Assembly: GCA_965223415.1 (NCBI GenBank)
Contig: OZ245002.1
Span: forward strand, 2,092,388-2,156,387
Length of the DNA: 64,000 bases
Source of the DNA: Myxococcota bacterium
GTDB taxonomy: Bacteria; Myxococcota_A; UBA9160; UBA6930
Direction of reading: 5' to 3'
The notes beneath the pieces were generated by a model. That model saw only the letters and a list, made by a program, of their open reading frames with translations. It did no database searches and had not been told where the DNA came from. Of this stretch, positions 8,897 through 18,010 are shown one piece after another (position 1 is the stretch's first letter; each line of letters starts with the position of its first letter). Both the position numbers and the translations under genes were made by a program.

Positions 8897-9424
8897 TCAG
8901 AGCTGCTCGATCTCGAGGACCGTCCACTCGTCGCCGAAGCGCTTCCGCGTCCTCAGCCGCGCGTCGGCCTCGTCGTTCGCCTGCACGTAGAGCTTGCGGG
9001 TGCGGGGGCCGCCCTCGTGTCGCAGCCGCATCAGGAACGTGAACGCAGGTGCCTCGGCGGCGGCAGCCGCGGCGGTCCTGGGCGCCGCGCGCCGCGCCGA
9101 CGAGGGGTCCATCACGAGCCCGAAGTAGGAAGGCGGCGCGTTGCGGATCGCCAGGCCCATCCCCCCCTTCGCGAGGGTCCGGAGATGGGAGGCCACGGTC
9201 CGGCGCCACACCACCTGGGCGTCGATCTCGATGGGTTGCGGGAGCTGAGCCGGGTTCAGGTGCACCCGCACGCTCTCGCCGGGCCGGCCCGGTGCGCCCG
9301 TCTGCACGAACAGGCCGCGCCGGGAGACGTTCAAGACCATGGCCGAGGTGGAGCTGCCTCCAACCGTGACCCGGCACGGGACCCGCTTCTTGAACCTCGG
9401 ATCCCGCTGTGCCTCGACGCCCAT
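8897..9424 (-). CDS. PilZ domain protein
   Basis: Internal ATG (MGVEAQRDPRFKKR...). Carries the canonical c-di-GMP motifs RxxxR (RFKKR) and N-x-S-x-x-G (NVSRRG). Confidence 0.75.
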   Translation of the reverse strand: MGVEAQRDPRFKKRVPCRVTVGGSSTSAMVLNVSRRGLFVQTGAPGRPGESVRVHLNPAQLPQPIEIDAQVVWRRTVASHLRTLAKGGMGLAIRNAPPSYFGLVMDPSSARRAAPRTAAAAAAEAPAFTFLMRLRHEGGPRTRKLYVQANDEADARLRTRKRFGDEWTVLEIEQL

Positions 9425-9489
9425 TCCGTCCTCCCCGCACCTCGACTTCGGAGACCTCGGCGTTTCCCTTGAGGCGGAGCTGGCCGGCC

Positions 9490-9505
9490 CGCGACCCGGG
9501 TGCCA
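9490..9505 (-). promoter_or_regulatory. candidate sigma54 promoter for the PilZ gene
   Basis: The minus strand reads TGGCAC-ccggg-TCGCG: perfect -24, and a -12 element with one mismatch that keeps the GC. It lies about 65 nt upstream of the ATG at 9424. Confidence 0.4.
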
Positions 9506-9518
9506 TGCTGGCCGGATC

Positions 9519-10046
9519 ATGGGTGTTCGTCGACTTGCCGCGTTCTGGGTCCTCCTCCTCGTGTTCGGCTGTGGCACTTTCGCATCATCTCCCGAACGGG
9601 TGACGGAGGGCTTCTGGGAGGCCGTCGCCCACGGCGACCTCGACGACGCGAAAGCCCACTCCACCGAGCTGGACCTGCGCCGCCTGACGAGGCTCGCCGA
9701 GCAGCACGCCATCGAGGGCGTCGAGATCGGCGAGGTCCTCACCCGCGGCGACGTCGCGGAGGTGGCGACCACCCTGCGGCGAGCGGAGGACGAGGCGATC
9801 ACCTTCCACACCCAGCTCCGACGCTACGACGCAGGCTGGCGGGTCGACGCCCCGTCCAGCGCGACGGCCCTGCGCGAGGCGATCGCCGAGGAAGCGCTCT
9901 CGGACCTGCGCGACGCCTTCAGCGAAGGCGCCGGTGCGATCGGCGAGGCGGTGGAGCAGGGCCTCGAAGAGGCGACCGACGCGATGCGCGAGGCCCTGGA
10001 CGGGCTCGAGCGGGGCCGGCAGGAGCGTCGCTCGCCGGCGCCTTGA
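9519..10046 (+). CDS. putative lipoprotein
   Basis: Internal ATG with a signal peptide and lipobox LLVFGC. DUF4878-like N-terminus (FWEAVAHGDLDDA). Confidence 0.6.
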   Translation: MGVRRLAAFWVLLLVFGCGTFASSPERVTEGFWEAVAHGDLDDAKAHSTELDLRRLTRLAEQHAIEGVEIGEVLTRGDVAEVATTLRRAEDEAITFHTQLRRYDAGWRVDAPSSATALREAIAEEALSDLRDAFSEGAGAIGEAVEQGLEEATDAMREALDGLERGRQERRSPAP

Positions 10047-10052
10047 GTCTCG

Positions 10053-10598
10053 ATGCCGACCGCGTTCACCCACGCCTTGGTCGGTGGGCTCGTCGCTGGA
10101 GCCACCCGGGCCGAGCTTCCGCGCGGACGCCTCGTCCTCCTGCTCGCGACGCTGGCGGTGCTGCCGGACCTCGATGTCGTCGCCTTCTCCCTCGGCATCC
10201 CCTACGGCCACCCGCTCGGGCACCGCGGCCTCACCCACTCGCTGCCCTTCGCGCTCGCGCTGGCACCCGTCGCGACCGCACTGGTGTTCCCCCACCTCCC
10301 GCGTTTCGGGCCGACCTGGTGGCGGGTGGTGGCGGGGGCCGCCCTGGCCTGCGCGTCCCACGGCGTTCTCGACGCCTTCACCGACGGCGGGCGCGGGGTC
10401 GGCTTCTTCGTTCCCTTCGACTCGCGGCGCTTCTTCTTCCCCTGGCGGCCGCTCATCGTGTCGCCGATCGGTGTCGGCTCCTTCCTGGGGCGGGCCACGC
10501 CGATCCTGTGGAACGAGATCCTGTGGGTGTGGCTGCCGGCCCTGGTCCTGGCCGTCGCCTGGCGGCTCAGTCGTCGCCGGCCATCTCGGGGCGCATGA
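10053..10598 (+). CDS. membrane-bound metal-dependent hydrolase (YdjM/DUF457 family)
   Basis: MPTAFTHAL..., PDLD and HRGLTHS motifs typical of YdjM. Confidence 0.8.
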   Translation: MPTAFTHALVGGLVAGATRAELPRGRLVLLLATLAVLPDLDVVAFSLGIPYGHPLGHRGLTHSLPFALALAPVATALVFPHLPRFGPTWWRVVAGAALACASHGVLDAFTDGGRGVGFFVPFDSRRFFFPWRPLIVSPIGVGSFLGRATPILWNEILWVWLPALVLAVAWRLSRRRPSRGA

Positions 10599-11568
10599 CC
10601 GGGCCCGCGCGGTTGCGTCCGCCTTCCTTCGCCTCGTAGAGGGAGGCGTCCGCGGCTCGCAGCACCCCGGCCGGGTCTGCGCTGCCGGAGTTCGGCGCGA
10701 CCACGGCGATGCCCAGGCTCACCGTCACGACGCCGTGGCGGGACGGCTCGTGGGGAATCTGCAGGGCTTCGACGGCGCCGCGGATCCGCTCGGCGGAGGC
10801 CACGGCGTCGTCCGCTTCGGTCTCTGGAAGGGCGACCACGAACTCCTCGCCGCCGAAGCGATAGAGCACGTCCGATCCGCGGATGGCCGAGTGGGCGGCG
10901 CCCACCAGATCGCCCAGCGCCGCGTCGGCCTCCGGGTGACCGTAGTGGTCGTTGAGCTTCTTGAACTCGTCGATGTCGAACATGATGAGTGCGAAGCCGC
11001 GACCGAAGCGCTCGGCCAGGGCCTGCTGCCGGTCGAGCTCCTTGTCGAGGGCGCGCCGGTTGCCCACGCCGAGCATGGGATCGACGAGGGCCATGTGCTC
11101 CAGCCGCTCGTTCAGCATCCGGAGCTGCTCGGTGCGCATGGCGACGTGCTCCTCGAGCTGGTCGCGCTCCCGCTCGAGGGCCAGGGCCTGGGCCTGGACC
11201 AGGTTGCTCTCGGTGATGAGACCGATCATCCCGCCGTCCCCGCCGACGATGATCACGCGTCGGATCTTGCGGCGGTCGAGCAGGCGAATTGCCGCCTCCA
11301 CCGACGCCTCCTCGTGGAGGGTGATCGCCGGAGAGGTCATCAGCTCGCTGGCGATGCGGGGCAGGGGCTCTCCGTGCGCCTGGTCGGCCAGGGCCTCGAC
11401 CACGTCCCGCTCGCTGATCACGCCCACCGGCAGCCAGTCCTCGATCACCGGAATGCAGGAGAGCCTCTGCTTTCGCATGCTCTCCAGCACGTCCACGAGC
11501 GGCGTGTTCCTCGTCGCCGTCTCGATGTGCCGGGTCATGACCTCGGCGAGCTTCACCGGCTCCATCAT
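10567..11568 (-). CDS. CBS-pair + GGDEF diguanylate cyclase
   Basis: Start MMEPV is preceded by ggaaggaggt. Two CBS repeats, a coiled coil, then a GGDEF domain with an intact GGEEF site (YRFGGEEF). Confidence 0.9.
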   Translation of the reverse strand: MMEPVKLAEVMTRHIETATRNTPLVDVLESMRKQRLSCIPVIEDWLPVGVISERDVVEALADQAHGEPLPRIASELMTSPAITLHEEASVEAAIRLLDRRKIRRVIIVGGDGGMIGLITESNLVQAQALALERERDQLEEHVAMRTEQLRMLNERLEHMALVDPMLGVGNRRALDKELDRQQALAERFGRGFALIMFDIDEFKKLNDHYGHPEADAALGDLVGAAHSAIRGSDVLYRFGGEEFVVALPETEADDAVASAERIRGAVEALQIPHEPSRHGVVTVSLGIAVVAPNSGSADPAGVLRAADASLYEAKEGGRNRAGPVMRPEMAGDD

Positions 11569-12209
11569 CGACCTCCTTCCGCGTTGCGGCGCTTCGCATC
11601 GCGATGGCGCCGGGCTTCCTCGCGGTAGATCCAACGGCGTAGCGCGGCCTGCTCTTCCAGGTCGGCGCCGACGAACTCGAAGCCCACGATCCGGCTGGCT
11701 CCCCGCGCATCGACGCGCACCACCCGGGCCTGTAGCTCGAAGCTCCCCTCCCCCTGGAGATGGAAGCCACAGGTGACGATCTCTCCCGGCGCGAGCTCGG
11801 ACCGCTCGCGTCCAGCGGCGCCTCCGGCGCTGACGTCGACCATCTGGAGCTTCTCGCGCTCGGGCGGCTGGTCCCGTCGGCCGTGGCGCTCCACCTCGAG
11901 CGCGACGTCGTAGGTGGTGAGCCGCACGTGGGAGCGGCGCTGGCTGCGCCGCCAGGAGCCCACTCGCCGCAGGACGAGGGTCTCCGGCGGGACGAGCTCG
12001 ACCCGGGCGGGGGCGACGTACTGGGCGTCGCCGGGGACGACGTGCACCATCTTCACCATCTCGCCGGGCGCTCCCGGCTCCTCGATCCCGCTGATCCAGA
12101 TCAAGCCGTCACTTACGCGCACGACGATGGCGGAGCGGAGCGGGTCGCCGGCTTCGCCGAGGAGCACCAGACGACTGCCGGTCGACAGCTTCGGCGACTC
12201 CGTGCCCAT
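11565..12209 (-). CDS. YcgR-like PilZ protein (PilZN + PilZ), putative flagellar brake
   Basis: RxxxR (RRSQR) and DxSxxG (DVSAGG) motifs follow an N-terminal YcgR-type beta-barrel region. There is a 4-nt overlap with the downstream GGDEF gene. Confidence 0.75.
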   Translation of the reverse strand: MGTESPKLSTGSRLVLLGEAGDPLRSAIVVRVSDGLIWISGIEEPGAPGEMVKMVHVVPGDAQYVAPARVELVPPETLVLRRVGSWRRSQRRSHVRLTTYDVALEVERHGRRDQPPEREKLQMVDVSAGGAAGRERSELAPGEIVTCGFHLQGEGSFELQARVVRVDARGASRIVGFEFVGADLEEQAALRRWIYREEARRHRDAKRRNAEGGR

Positions 12210-12391
12210 GGCCGTTGGTTCGGCGCCCGATGTGCAGAAGTTGATCGGGCCAACACCCGAGACGGCTGGGCGAATCACCGAGGGGGAGATCGCGGGGGAG
12301 GTTCCTTCCTGTCGTGGTGTTCGTTCTGCAACGTCTCGTCTTGCGTTCTGGGAGACGGGGAAGCTGGTCGGGCGCGACGACGGTCCCGGCC

Positions 12392-12407
12392 GGGCACCGA
12401 TCTTGCG
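12392..12407 (+). promoter_or_regulatory. candidate sigma54 promoter upstream of pseB
   Basis: GGGCAC-cgatc-TTGCG, about 45 nt upstream of the pseB GTG. Confidence 0.55.
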
Positions 12408-12451
12408 TAGCTCCTGCGCATCCGTGACGCATCGTCAGGGCAGGGGGGAAC

Positions 12452-13405
12452 GTGCTCCAGATCCTACTCACCGGTGGAACGGGCTCCTTCGGCCACGCCT
12501 TCGCTCGGCGGATGCTCCGGGAGCGCGACGACTGCATGATCCGCATCTACAGTCGCGACGAGCTGAAGCAGGCCGAGATGCTCCGCCGCTTCGACGACGA
12601 CGAGCGTCTGCGCTTCCTCATCGGCGACGTGCGGGATCGGGTGCGCCTGCGGCGGGCAATGAGCGACGTCGACGTTGTCGTGCACGCTGCCGCCATGAAG
12701 CAGGTGCCGATCTGCGAGTACAACCCGGCCGAGGCGGTGAAGACCAACGTCATGGGCGGCATGAACGTCCTCGAATGCTGCCTGGACGCCGGTGTGCCGA
12801 AGGCGATCGCCCTCTCGACCGACAAGGCGGTGAACCCGGTCAACATCTACGGCGCCACGAAGCTGTGCATGGAGAAGCTCTTCATCCATGGCAACGCCTA
12901 CGCGGGCGGCAGCGATACCCGCTTCGCGGTGGTTCGCTACGGCAACGTGGTCGGGAGCCGGGGAAGCGTGATCCCGCTCTTCCTCCAGCAGGCGGCGGAC
13001 GGCGTCATGACCGTGACGGACCGCCGCATGACCCGTTTCTGGATCTCCCTGGAGCAGGCGGTGGAGCTGGTGCTGCTGGCGATGGAGGACATGCAGGGCG
13101 AGGAGACCTTCGTGCCCAAGATCCCCAGCATGCGCATCGTCGATCTGGCCAAGGCAGTCCGTTCCGACGCGATGATCAAGGAGATCGGCATCCGGCCCGG
13201 CGAGAAGATGCACGAGGTTCTGCTCACCGCCGACGAGGCACGGCACGCCCGGGATTTCGAGACCCACTTCGTGATCGGCGGCAATCCGAAGGGCGGCCGC
13301 TCGGTGCCGGAGGGCTTCGTCTACTCGAGCGACCAGAACTCGCTCTGGCTCACGGTCGAGAGGCTCTCGGAGCTGATCGAGAGCTGGAAGGTCGGGCGTG
13401 GGTGA
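12452..13405 (+). CDS. pseB: UDP-N-acetylglucosamine 4,6-dehydratase (inverting)
   Basis: 317 aa with TGGTGSFG Rossmann motif, YGATK catalytic motif and RYGNVxGSRGSVIP, typical of PseB/FlaA1/FlmA. Confidence 0.9.
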   Translation: MLQILLTGGTGSFGHAFARRMLRERDDCMIRIYSRDELKQAEMLRRFDDDERLRFLIGDVRDRVRLRRAMSDVDVVVHAAAMKQVPICEYNPAEAVKTNVMGGMNVLECCLDAGVPKAIALSTDKAVNPVNIYGATKLCMEKLFIHGNAYAGGSDTRFAVVRYGNVVGSRGSVIPLFLQQAADGVMTVTDRRMTRFWISLEQAVELVLLAMEDMQGEETFVPKIPSMRIVDLAKAVRSDAMIKEIGIRPGEKMHEVLLTADEARHARDFETHFVIGGNPKGGRSVPEGFVYSSDQNSLWLTVERLSELIESWKVGRG

Positions 13406-14591
13406 GGTCGGCGACCGTTCCCATCTTCCCTACACCCGGCACACGCTGGAGCCGGAGGATTCGCAGGCGCTGATCGATGCTCTCGAGAGCGGATGCATCA
13501 CCCAGGGACCGATCGTCCAGGACTTCGAGGCGCGGGTCGCCGCCATCGTGGGCGTGGGCCATGCAGTCGCCACGTCGAGCGGCACGACCGCCCTCGAGAC
13601 CGCGCTGGCGGCCCTGGGCGTGGGGCCCGGCGCGGAGGTCGTCGTCCCCACGCTCACCTTCGTGGCGACGGCCAACGCGGTGCGCGCGCGAGGCGCCACG
13701 CCGGTCTTCGCCGACGTGGATCCGCAGACCCTGAACCTCTCCGCGGAGACCCTCGCGCCTCACGTGAACGAGCGGACCGTGGGAGCGATCCCGGTGCACT
13801 TCGCCGGCCACCCCGCCGACGTCCCCGCGCTTCGGGAGGTGCTCGGGACCGAACGCTTCCTGCTCGAGGACGCCGCCCACGCCTTCGGGGCCGAGCTCGC
13901 CGATCGGCCGGCGGGATCACTCGGCGACGCGGCGTGCTTCTCCTTTCATCCGGCCAAGCTGGTCACGACGGCGGAAGGCGGGGCGGTCGCGACGAATTCG
14001 TCCTTCCTCGGCCGCCGCGCCCGGATGTTCCGCGAGCACGGGCTCGTCCGGGATCCGGCCCTCTTCGAGGGCCTCGACGTGCCGGAGGACCTGGCGGAGG
14101 ACGGGCTCGGCCCCTGGGTCTACGAGCAGCAGAGCTGCGGCTCGAACCATCGCATGAACGAGCTCCAGGCGGCGCTCGGGCGCAGCCAGCTCACGAGGAC
14201 CGGGCGCCTGCTCGAGCGGCGGCGCGCCCTGGCCGGCGCCTACGATGCGGCGCTCGCCGGCCTGGACGAGGTCGAGCCCCCCGCGGAGCGGGACGGCGCG
14301 CGTTCGGCCTGGCACCTCTACGTGATCCGGCTGCGCCCCGGCTCGATCGGGCGAGGCGCCCTCTACCGGCGCATGCGCGAAGCGAAGATCGGCGTGCAGG
14401 TCCACTACGTGCCCGTCCATCTCCAGCCCTACCATCGCCACGAGCTGGGCACGGCCTGGGGCGACTACCCGGTGGCCGAGGACGCCTACCTGCGGATGCT
14501 CTCGCTCCCCCTGTTCCCCGGCATGGGAGAGGACGACACCTACCGGGTCGTGGACGCCCTGCGGCAAGCGCTGGCCGGGAGCCCCCGGTGA
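13398..14591 (+). CDS. pseC: UDP-4-amino-4,6-dideoxy-N-acetyl-beta-L-altrosamine transaminase (DegT/DnrJ/EryC1 family)
   Basis: 397 aa with the PLP-lysine context FSFHPAKLVTTAEGG. Overlaps the pseB stop. Confidence 0.9.
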   Translation: MGEVGDRSHLPYTRHTLEPEDSQALIDALESGCITQGPIVQDFEARVAAIVGVGHAVATSSGTTALETALAALGVGPGAEVVVPTLTFVATANAVRARGATPVFADVDPQTLNLSAETLAPHVNERTVGAIPVHFAGHPADVPALREVLGTERFLLEDAAHAFGAELADRPAGSLGDAACFSFHPAKLVTTAEGGAVATNSSFLGRRARMFREHGLVRDPALFEGLDVPEDLAEDGLGPWVYEQQSCGSNHRMNELQAALGRSQLTRTGRLLERRRALAGAYDAALAGLDEVEPPAERDGARSAWHLYVIRLRPGSIGRGALYRRMREAKIGVQVHYVPVHLQPYHRHELGTAWGDYPVAEDAYLRMLSLPLFPGMGEDDTYRVVDALRQALAGSPR

Positions 14592-16498
14592 GCGCGCTGG
14601 CTCCGGAAGTCCACCGGCACGCGCTCCGGACGAACCTGGCCCGCCTGCAGGGCCGCCAGCCGGCCCTCGCCCAGGCGATCCTCGACGCCGATCCGGGCGG
14701 CGTGGAGGTGGTGGACGGAGCCAGGGGCATCCACACCGTGTCCGACCAGGGCACGCTGCTCGCCTCCGCCTACGACCCGGCGCGAGAGGGAGCGCGCCTG
14801 GCCGCGGACATGGCGGACGCTCCCACCGATCTGCTTGTCGCCGTGGGCTTCGGCCTCGGCCACCACCTCGAGGCCTTCCGCTCGCGCAATCCGTGTCCCG
14901 TCGTGGTCTACGAGCCGAAGCTCGCCCGGCTGCGGGCGGCGCTCTCGGCGCGGCCGGACCTCCGCCTGCTCGAAGAGGACGACGTCTACCTGACCGGCGA
15001 TGCCGACGAGCTCCGCAACCTGATCGCCGCGCGCTACACGCCGGGGCTCCGGATCAAGGTCTTTCCCCATCCCGCACTGATGCGGCTCTCGCCGGATGCG
15101 GTGCACGAGGCGATCGACCGGGTCTCCCGGGTCAAGGACTCGATCGATCTGGTCACGAACACGCGGATGACGATGATGGCCGATTGGGCACGGGGCACCA
15201 TCGCCAACGCCCGCCACCTGACCCACCGGCCGAGCATCACGCGCCTCGCCGGCGCGTTCCGCGGCGTGCCGGCGGTGATCTGCGCTGCGGGCCCGTCGCT
15301 CGATCGGCAGCTCCCCAAGCTCGCCGCCGCCCGGGATCGGGTGCTCGTCGTCGCCATCGGTCAGACGCTGCGGGCACTCCGCCGGGCCGGGATCGAGCCC
15401 GACCTCGTGCACGTGGTGGAGAGCCAGGACGTGGCCCACCAGCTCACCGAGGCCGGCGACGTGAGCCGGCTCCACCTCGTGCTGCCGCCCCAGGCCCACC
15501 CTTCCCTCTTCACGCTGCCCGTCCGCCAGCATTGGATCGCCTATCAATCGACGAACCCGTTCGGATGCTGGATCGGAGAGCAGCTCGGCGAGCGGGACTT
15601 CCTGCCCTCGGCAGGAACCGTGACCCAGTGCAGCCTGCACCTGGCCCGGGTGATGGGCTGCAACCCGGTCGCCGTGATCGGCCAGGATCTCGCCTTCACC
15701 GGGGGGCGCCTGTACGCGAGCGGGTCCGCCTACCACGACGTCGGCTTCCGCACTCTCGCCGACGGGCGCTACGAGTACACGAACCTGCGCGGCAAGCTCG
15801 AGGCCCTGGGACGCGACGATCCCGGCCAGGCGATGGGCGGCGAGCTGATCTGGGTGGAGGGCTGGGACGGGAATGCCGTCCCGACGAACCAGGCCTACGC
15901 GTCCTTCCTCGACCACTACCGGGACCTGAGTCCCTACTTCGCCCGCGAGGGCGTCAGCCTCGTGAACTGCACGGAAGGCGGCGCGCGGCTCCCGGGGCTG
16001 CTGCACCGGCCCTTCCAGGAGTTCCTGGACGAGCACGCGCGGACGCCCCACGGCGCGGGTGAGGTGCTCGCCCGGACGGCGGGCGCCTTCACGCCCGCTG
16101 CGCCGGGCCGCTTCGACCCCGGCTTCTCGAGGCTCCGGCGGGAGCTCCGCGAGCTCGGCCGCGAGTGCAGCCGCGGCCTCGAACGGGCGCGCAAGGCGCG
16201 CCGGGAGGTGGAGCGCGCCGCCGGAGAGGCCCGCCAGGTGGAGCTCCTACGGGGCGTCGCCCGGAGCCAGCGCAGGATCCATACCGTCGTTTCCCGCGTG
16301 ACGCTCCTCGACGCCCTCGTCCAGCGCGAGCTCCAGGGCGTCCAGAGTGACGTCTCGCGGGCCTCCTCCGCCCATCCGACGCCGCTCCAGGTGGCGGGTG
16401 AGGCGGAACGCTTGATGGAGGCGGCCCAGCAGGCGGCCCGTCGCGGGGTCGAGCTCGTGGACACCCTCGAGCGGGAGATCGCGGACTCGCTGCCTTAG
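14588..16498 (+). CDS. maf: motility accessory factor (Maf, DUF115/MptE-like) putative flagellin nonulosonic-acid glycosyltransferase
   Basis: GTGA overlap with pseC. 636 aa with VICAAGPSLD and a central MptE-like fold signature, plus a C-terminal coiled-coil region as in Campylobacter/Aeromonas Maf proteins. Confidence 0.8.
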   Translation: MSALAPEVHRHALRTNLARLQGRQPALAQAILDADPGGVEVVDGARGIHTVSDQGTLLASAYDPAREGARLAADMADAPTDLLVAVGFGLGHHLEAFRSRNPCPVVVYEPKLARLRAALSARPDLRLLEEDDVYLTGDADELRNLIAARYTPGLRIKVFPHPALMRLSPDAVHEAIDRVSRVKDSIDLVTNTRMTMMADWARGTIANARHLTHRPSITRLAGAFRGVPAVICAAGPSLDRQLPKLAAARDRVLVVAIGQTLRALRRAGIEPDLVHVVESQDVAHQLTEAGDVSRLHLVLPPQAHPSLFTLPVRQHWIAYQSTNPFGCWIGEQLGERDFLPSAGTVTQCSLHLARVMGCNPVAVIGQDLAFTGGRLYASGSAYHDVGFRTLADGRYEYTNLRGKLEALGRDDPGQAMGGELIWVEGWDGNAVPTNQAYASFLDHYRDLSPYFAREGVSLVNCTEGGARLPGLLHRPFQEFLDEHARTPHGAGEVLARTAGAFTPAAPGRFDPGFSRLRRELRELGRECSRGLERARKARREVERAAGEARQVELLRGVARSQRRIHTVVSRVTLLDALVQRELQGVQSDVSRASSAHPTPLQVAGEAERLMEAAQQAARRGVELVDTLEREIADSLP

Positions 16499-16510
16499 CC
16501 AGGTTCGAGG

Positions 16511-17989
16511 TCAGGCCCCGCCGTCACCCGGCGGAGGCTCGAAGACCTGTTGGGAGTAGCTGAAGCTGGTGTCGCCCTGATTGCGCTTCGGGGTGTGCTG
16601 CTTGTAGCCGCCGGTGCGAATCAGCTCGTCGTCGGCCAGACCGAGCTCGAGGCTCCGGTTCAGGCGCGAGCATTCCTCCTGGATCGCGTGCAGGATCGCC
16701 TCGTCCTCGAGCGCGGTCATGTTGAGGCAGATGTCCTGGCGCTCGGTAATCGAATCGAGGTAGGCGTCCTCGTCGGGGATGAACCCGTTCCGGCGGGCGT
16801 AGTCGTACATCTCGGTGTCGGGAAGCGGAAGGAGGAAGCCCACGCTCGGGTAGACGCCGTTGCGCTCGCAGAGGTCGAAGGTCTCGCGGATCGTGTCGCG
16901 AGTCTCGATCGGATAGCCGAGCACGACGCTGGTGTTGGAGGTGATCCCGACCTCGCGCAGCAGGCGCACCTGCTCCTCGAAGTAGTCCACGCGAACCCGC
17001 TTGTTCATCATGGCGAGGATCTCGGCGTTGCCGGACTCGAGGGAGTAGCCGAGGGTGAGGCAGCCGGAATCGCGGAACTTCTGCGCGACTTCGAGGCGCC
17101 GCTCGTAGGGGATCTGCCGGTTTCCGAACAGGTCGGTCCGCACGGCGGCGCTCCATGCGAAGCGCAGCCCGGAACCCAGGATCGCGTCCACCAGCTTCTC
17201 GGCTTGGGCGAGCTTGGTAAAGGTGAGGTCGTCCCAGAAGTTGATGTAGTTCGCGCCGTAGCCCTCGATGTTGCGGCGCACTTCCTGCAGCACGCCCTCG
17301 GCGCACCGGTGCCGATAGGGGTCGTGCTTGAAGACGATGTGGCAGAACGTGCACTTGTAGACGCAGCCGCGGGCGGTCGCGACGGGCATCGTGCGCCAGG
17401 TCGCATCGCCCTGGGTCGTGCCCCAGGCGGAGGGCGCGTCCGTCTCCGCGAAGTAGCGATCGACGTCGAAGAGGTCCCAATCGGGCATCGGCAGCTGGTC
17501 GATCGGGGCGGCCTTGCGGCGGGGCGTGTGGAGCGGCTCGCCCCGGGCGTCTCGAAGGACGATGCCCTCCACCTCGTGGAGGGCCGTGCCGCGCCGGAGT
17601 GCGTCGAGCACGGCCACGGTCGTGATCTCGCCCTCGCCGACCACCACCACATCGGCCTGCGACCGGGCCAGGAAGAGGTCCGGGACCGAGCCCGCCACCG
17701 AGTTCCCCACGACGATCTTCGCTCCGGGAGCAGCGCGGCGCGCCATCTCCGTGAAGCCCTTCATCCACTTGTAGTGGGTGACGATCGATCCGGTGAGGAT
17801 GACCTCCCAACGATTCCGGCCCAGGAAGGCCTCGACGGCGTCGTCGTCCTGGTCGTGGACCCCGACGTCGAGAAGCTCGACCTCGTAGCCGGCTTCGCGC
17901 ACCGCCGTCATCACGTAGGCGAGACCGACCGGCAGGTAACGGGTCGCGTGGCCCGGACGCAGGTTGGGATTGACGAACAGCAGGCGCAT
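16511..17989 (-). CDS. B12-binding domain radical SAM protein (class B)
   Basis: 492 aa. N-terminal cobalamin-binding Rossmann domain (LLFVNP, VVVVGEGE) and CxxxCxxC cluster ARGCVYKCTFCH. Confidence 0.9.
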   Translation of the reverse strand: MRLLFVNPNLRPGHATRYLPVGLAYVMTAVREAGYEVELLDVGVHDQDDDAVEAFLGRNRWEVILTGSIVTHYKWMKGFTEMARRAAPGAKIVVGNSVAGSVPDLFLARSQADVVVVGEGEITTVAVLDALRRGTALHEVEGIVLRDARGEPLHTPRRKAAPIDQLPMPDWDLFDVDRYFAETDAPSAWGTTQGDATWRTMPVATARGCVYKCTFCHIVFKHDPYRHRCAEGVLQEVRRNIEGYGANYINFWDDLTFTKLAQAEKLVDAILGSGLRFAWSAAVRTDLFGNRQIPYERRLEVAQKFRDSGCLTLGYSLESGNAEILAMMNKRVRVDYFEEQVRLLREVGITSNTSVVLGYPIETRDTIRETFDLCERNGVYPSVGFLLPLPDTEMYDYARRNGFIPDEDAYLDSITERQDICLNMTALEDEAILHAIQEECSRLNRSLELGLADDELIRTGGYKQHTPKRNQGDTSFSYSQQVFEPPPGDGGA

Positions 17990-18010
17990 GAAAGCTCCCT
18001 CGGCGGGCCG

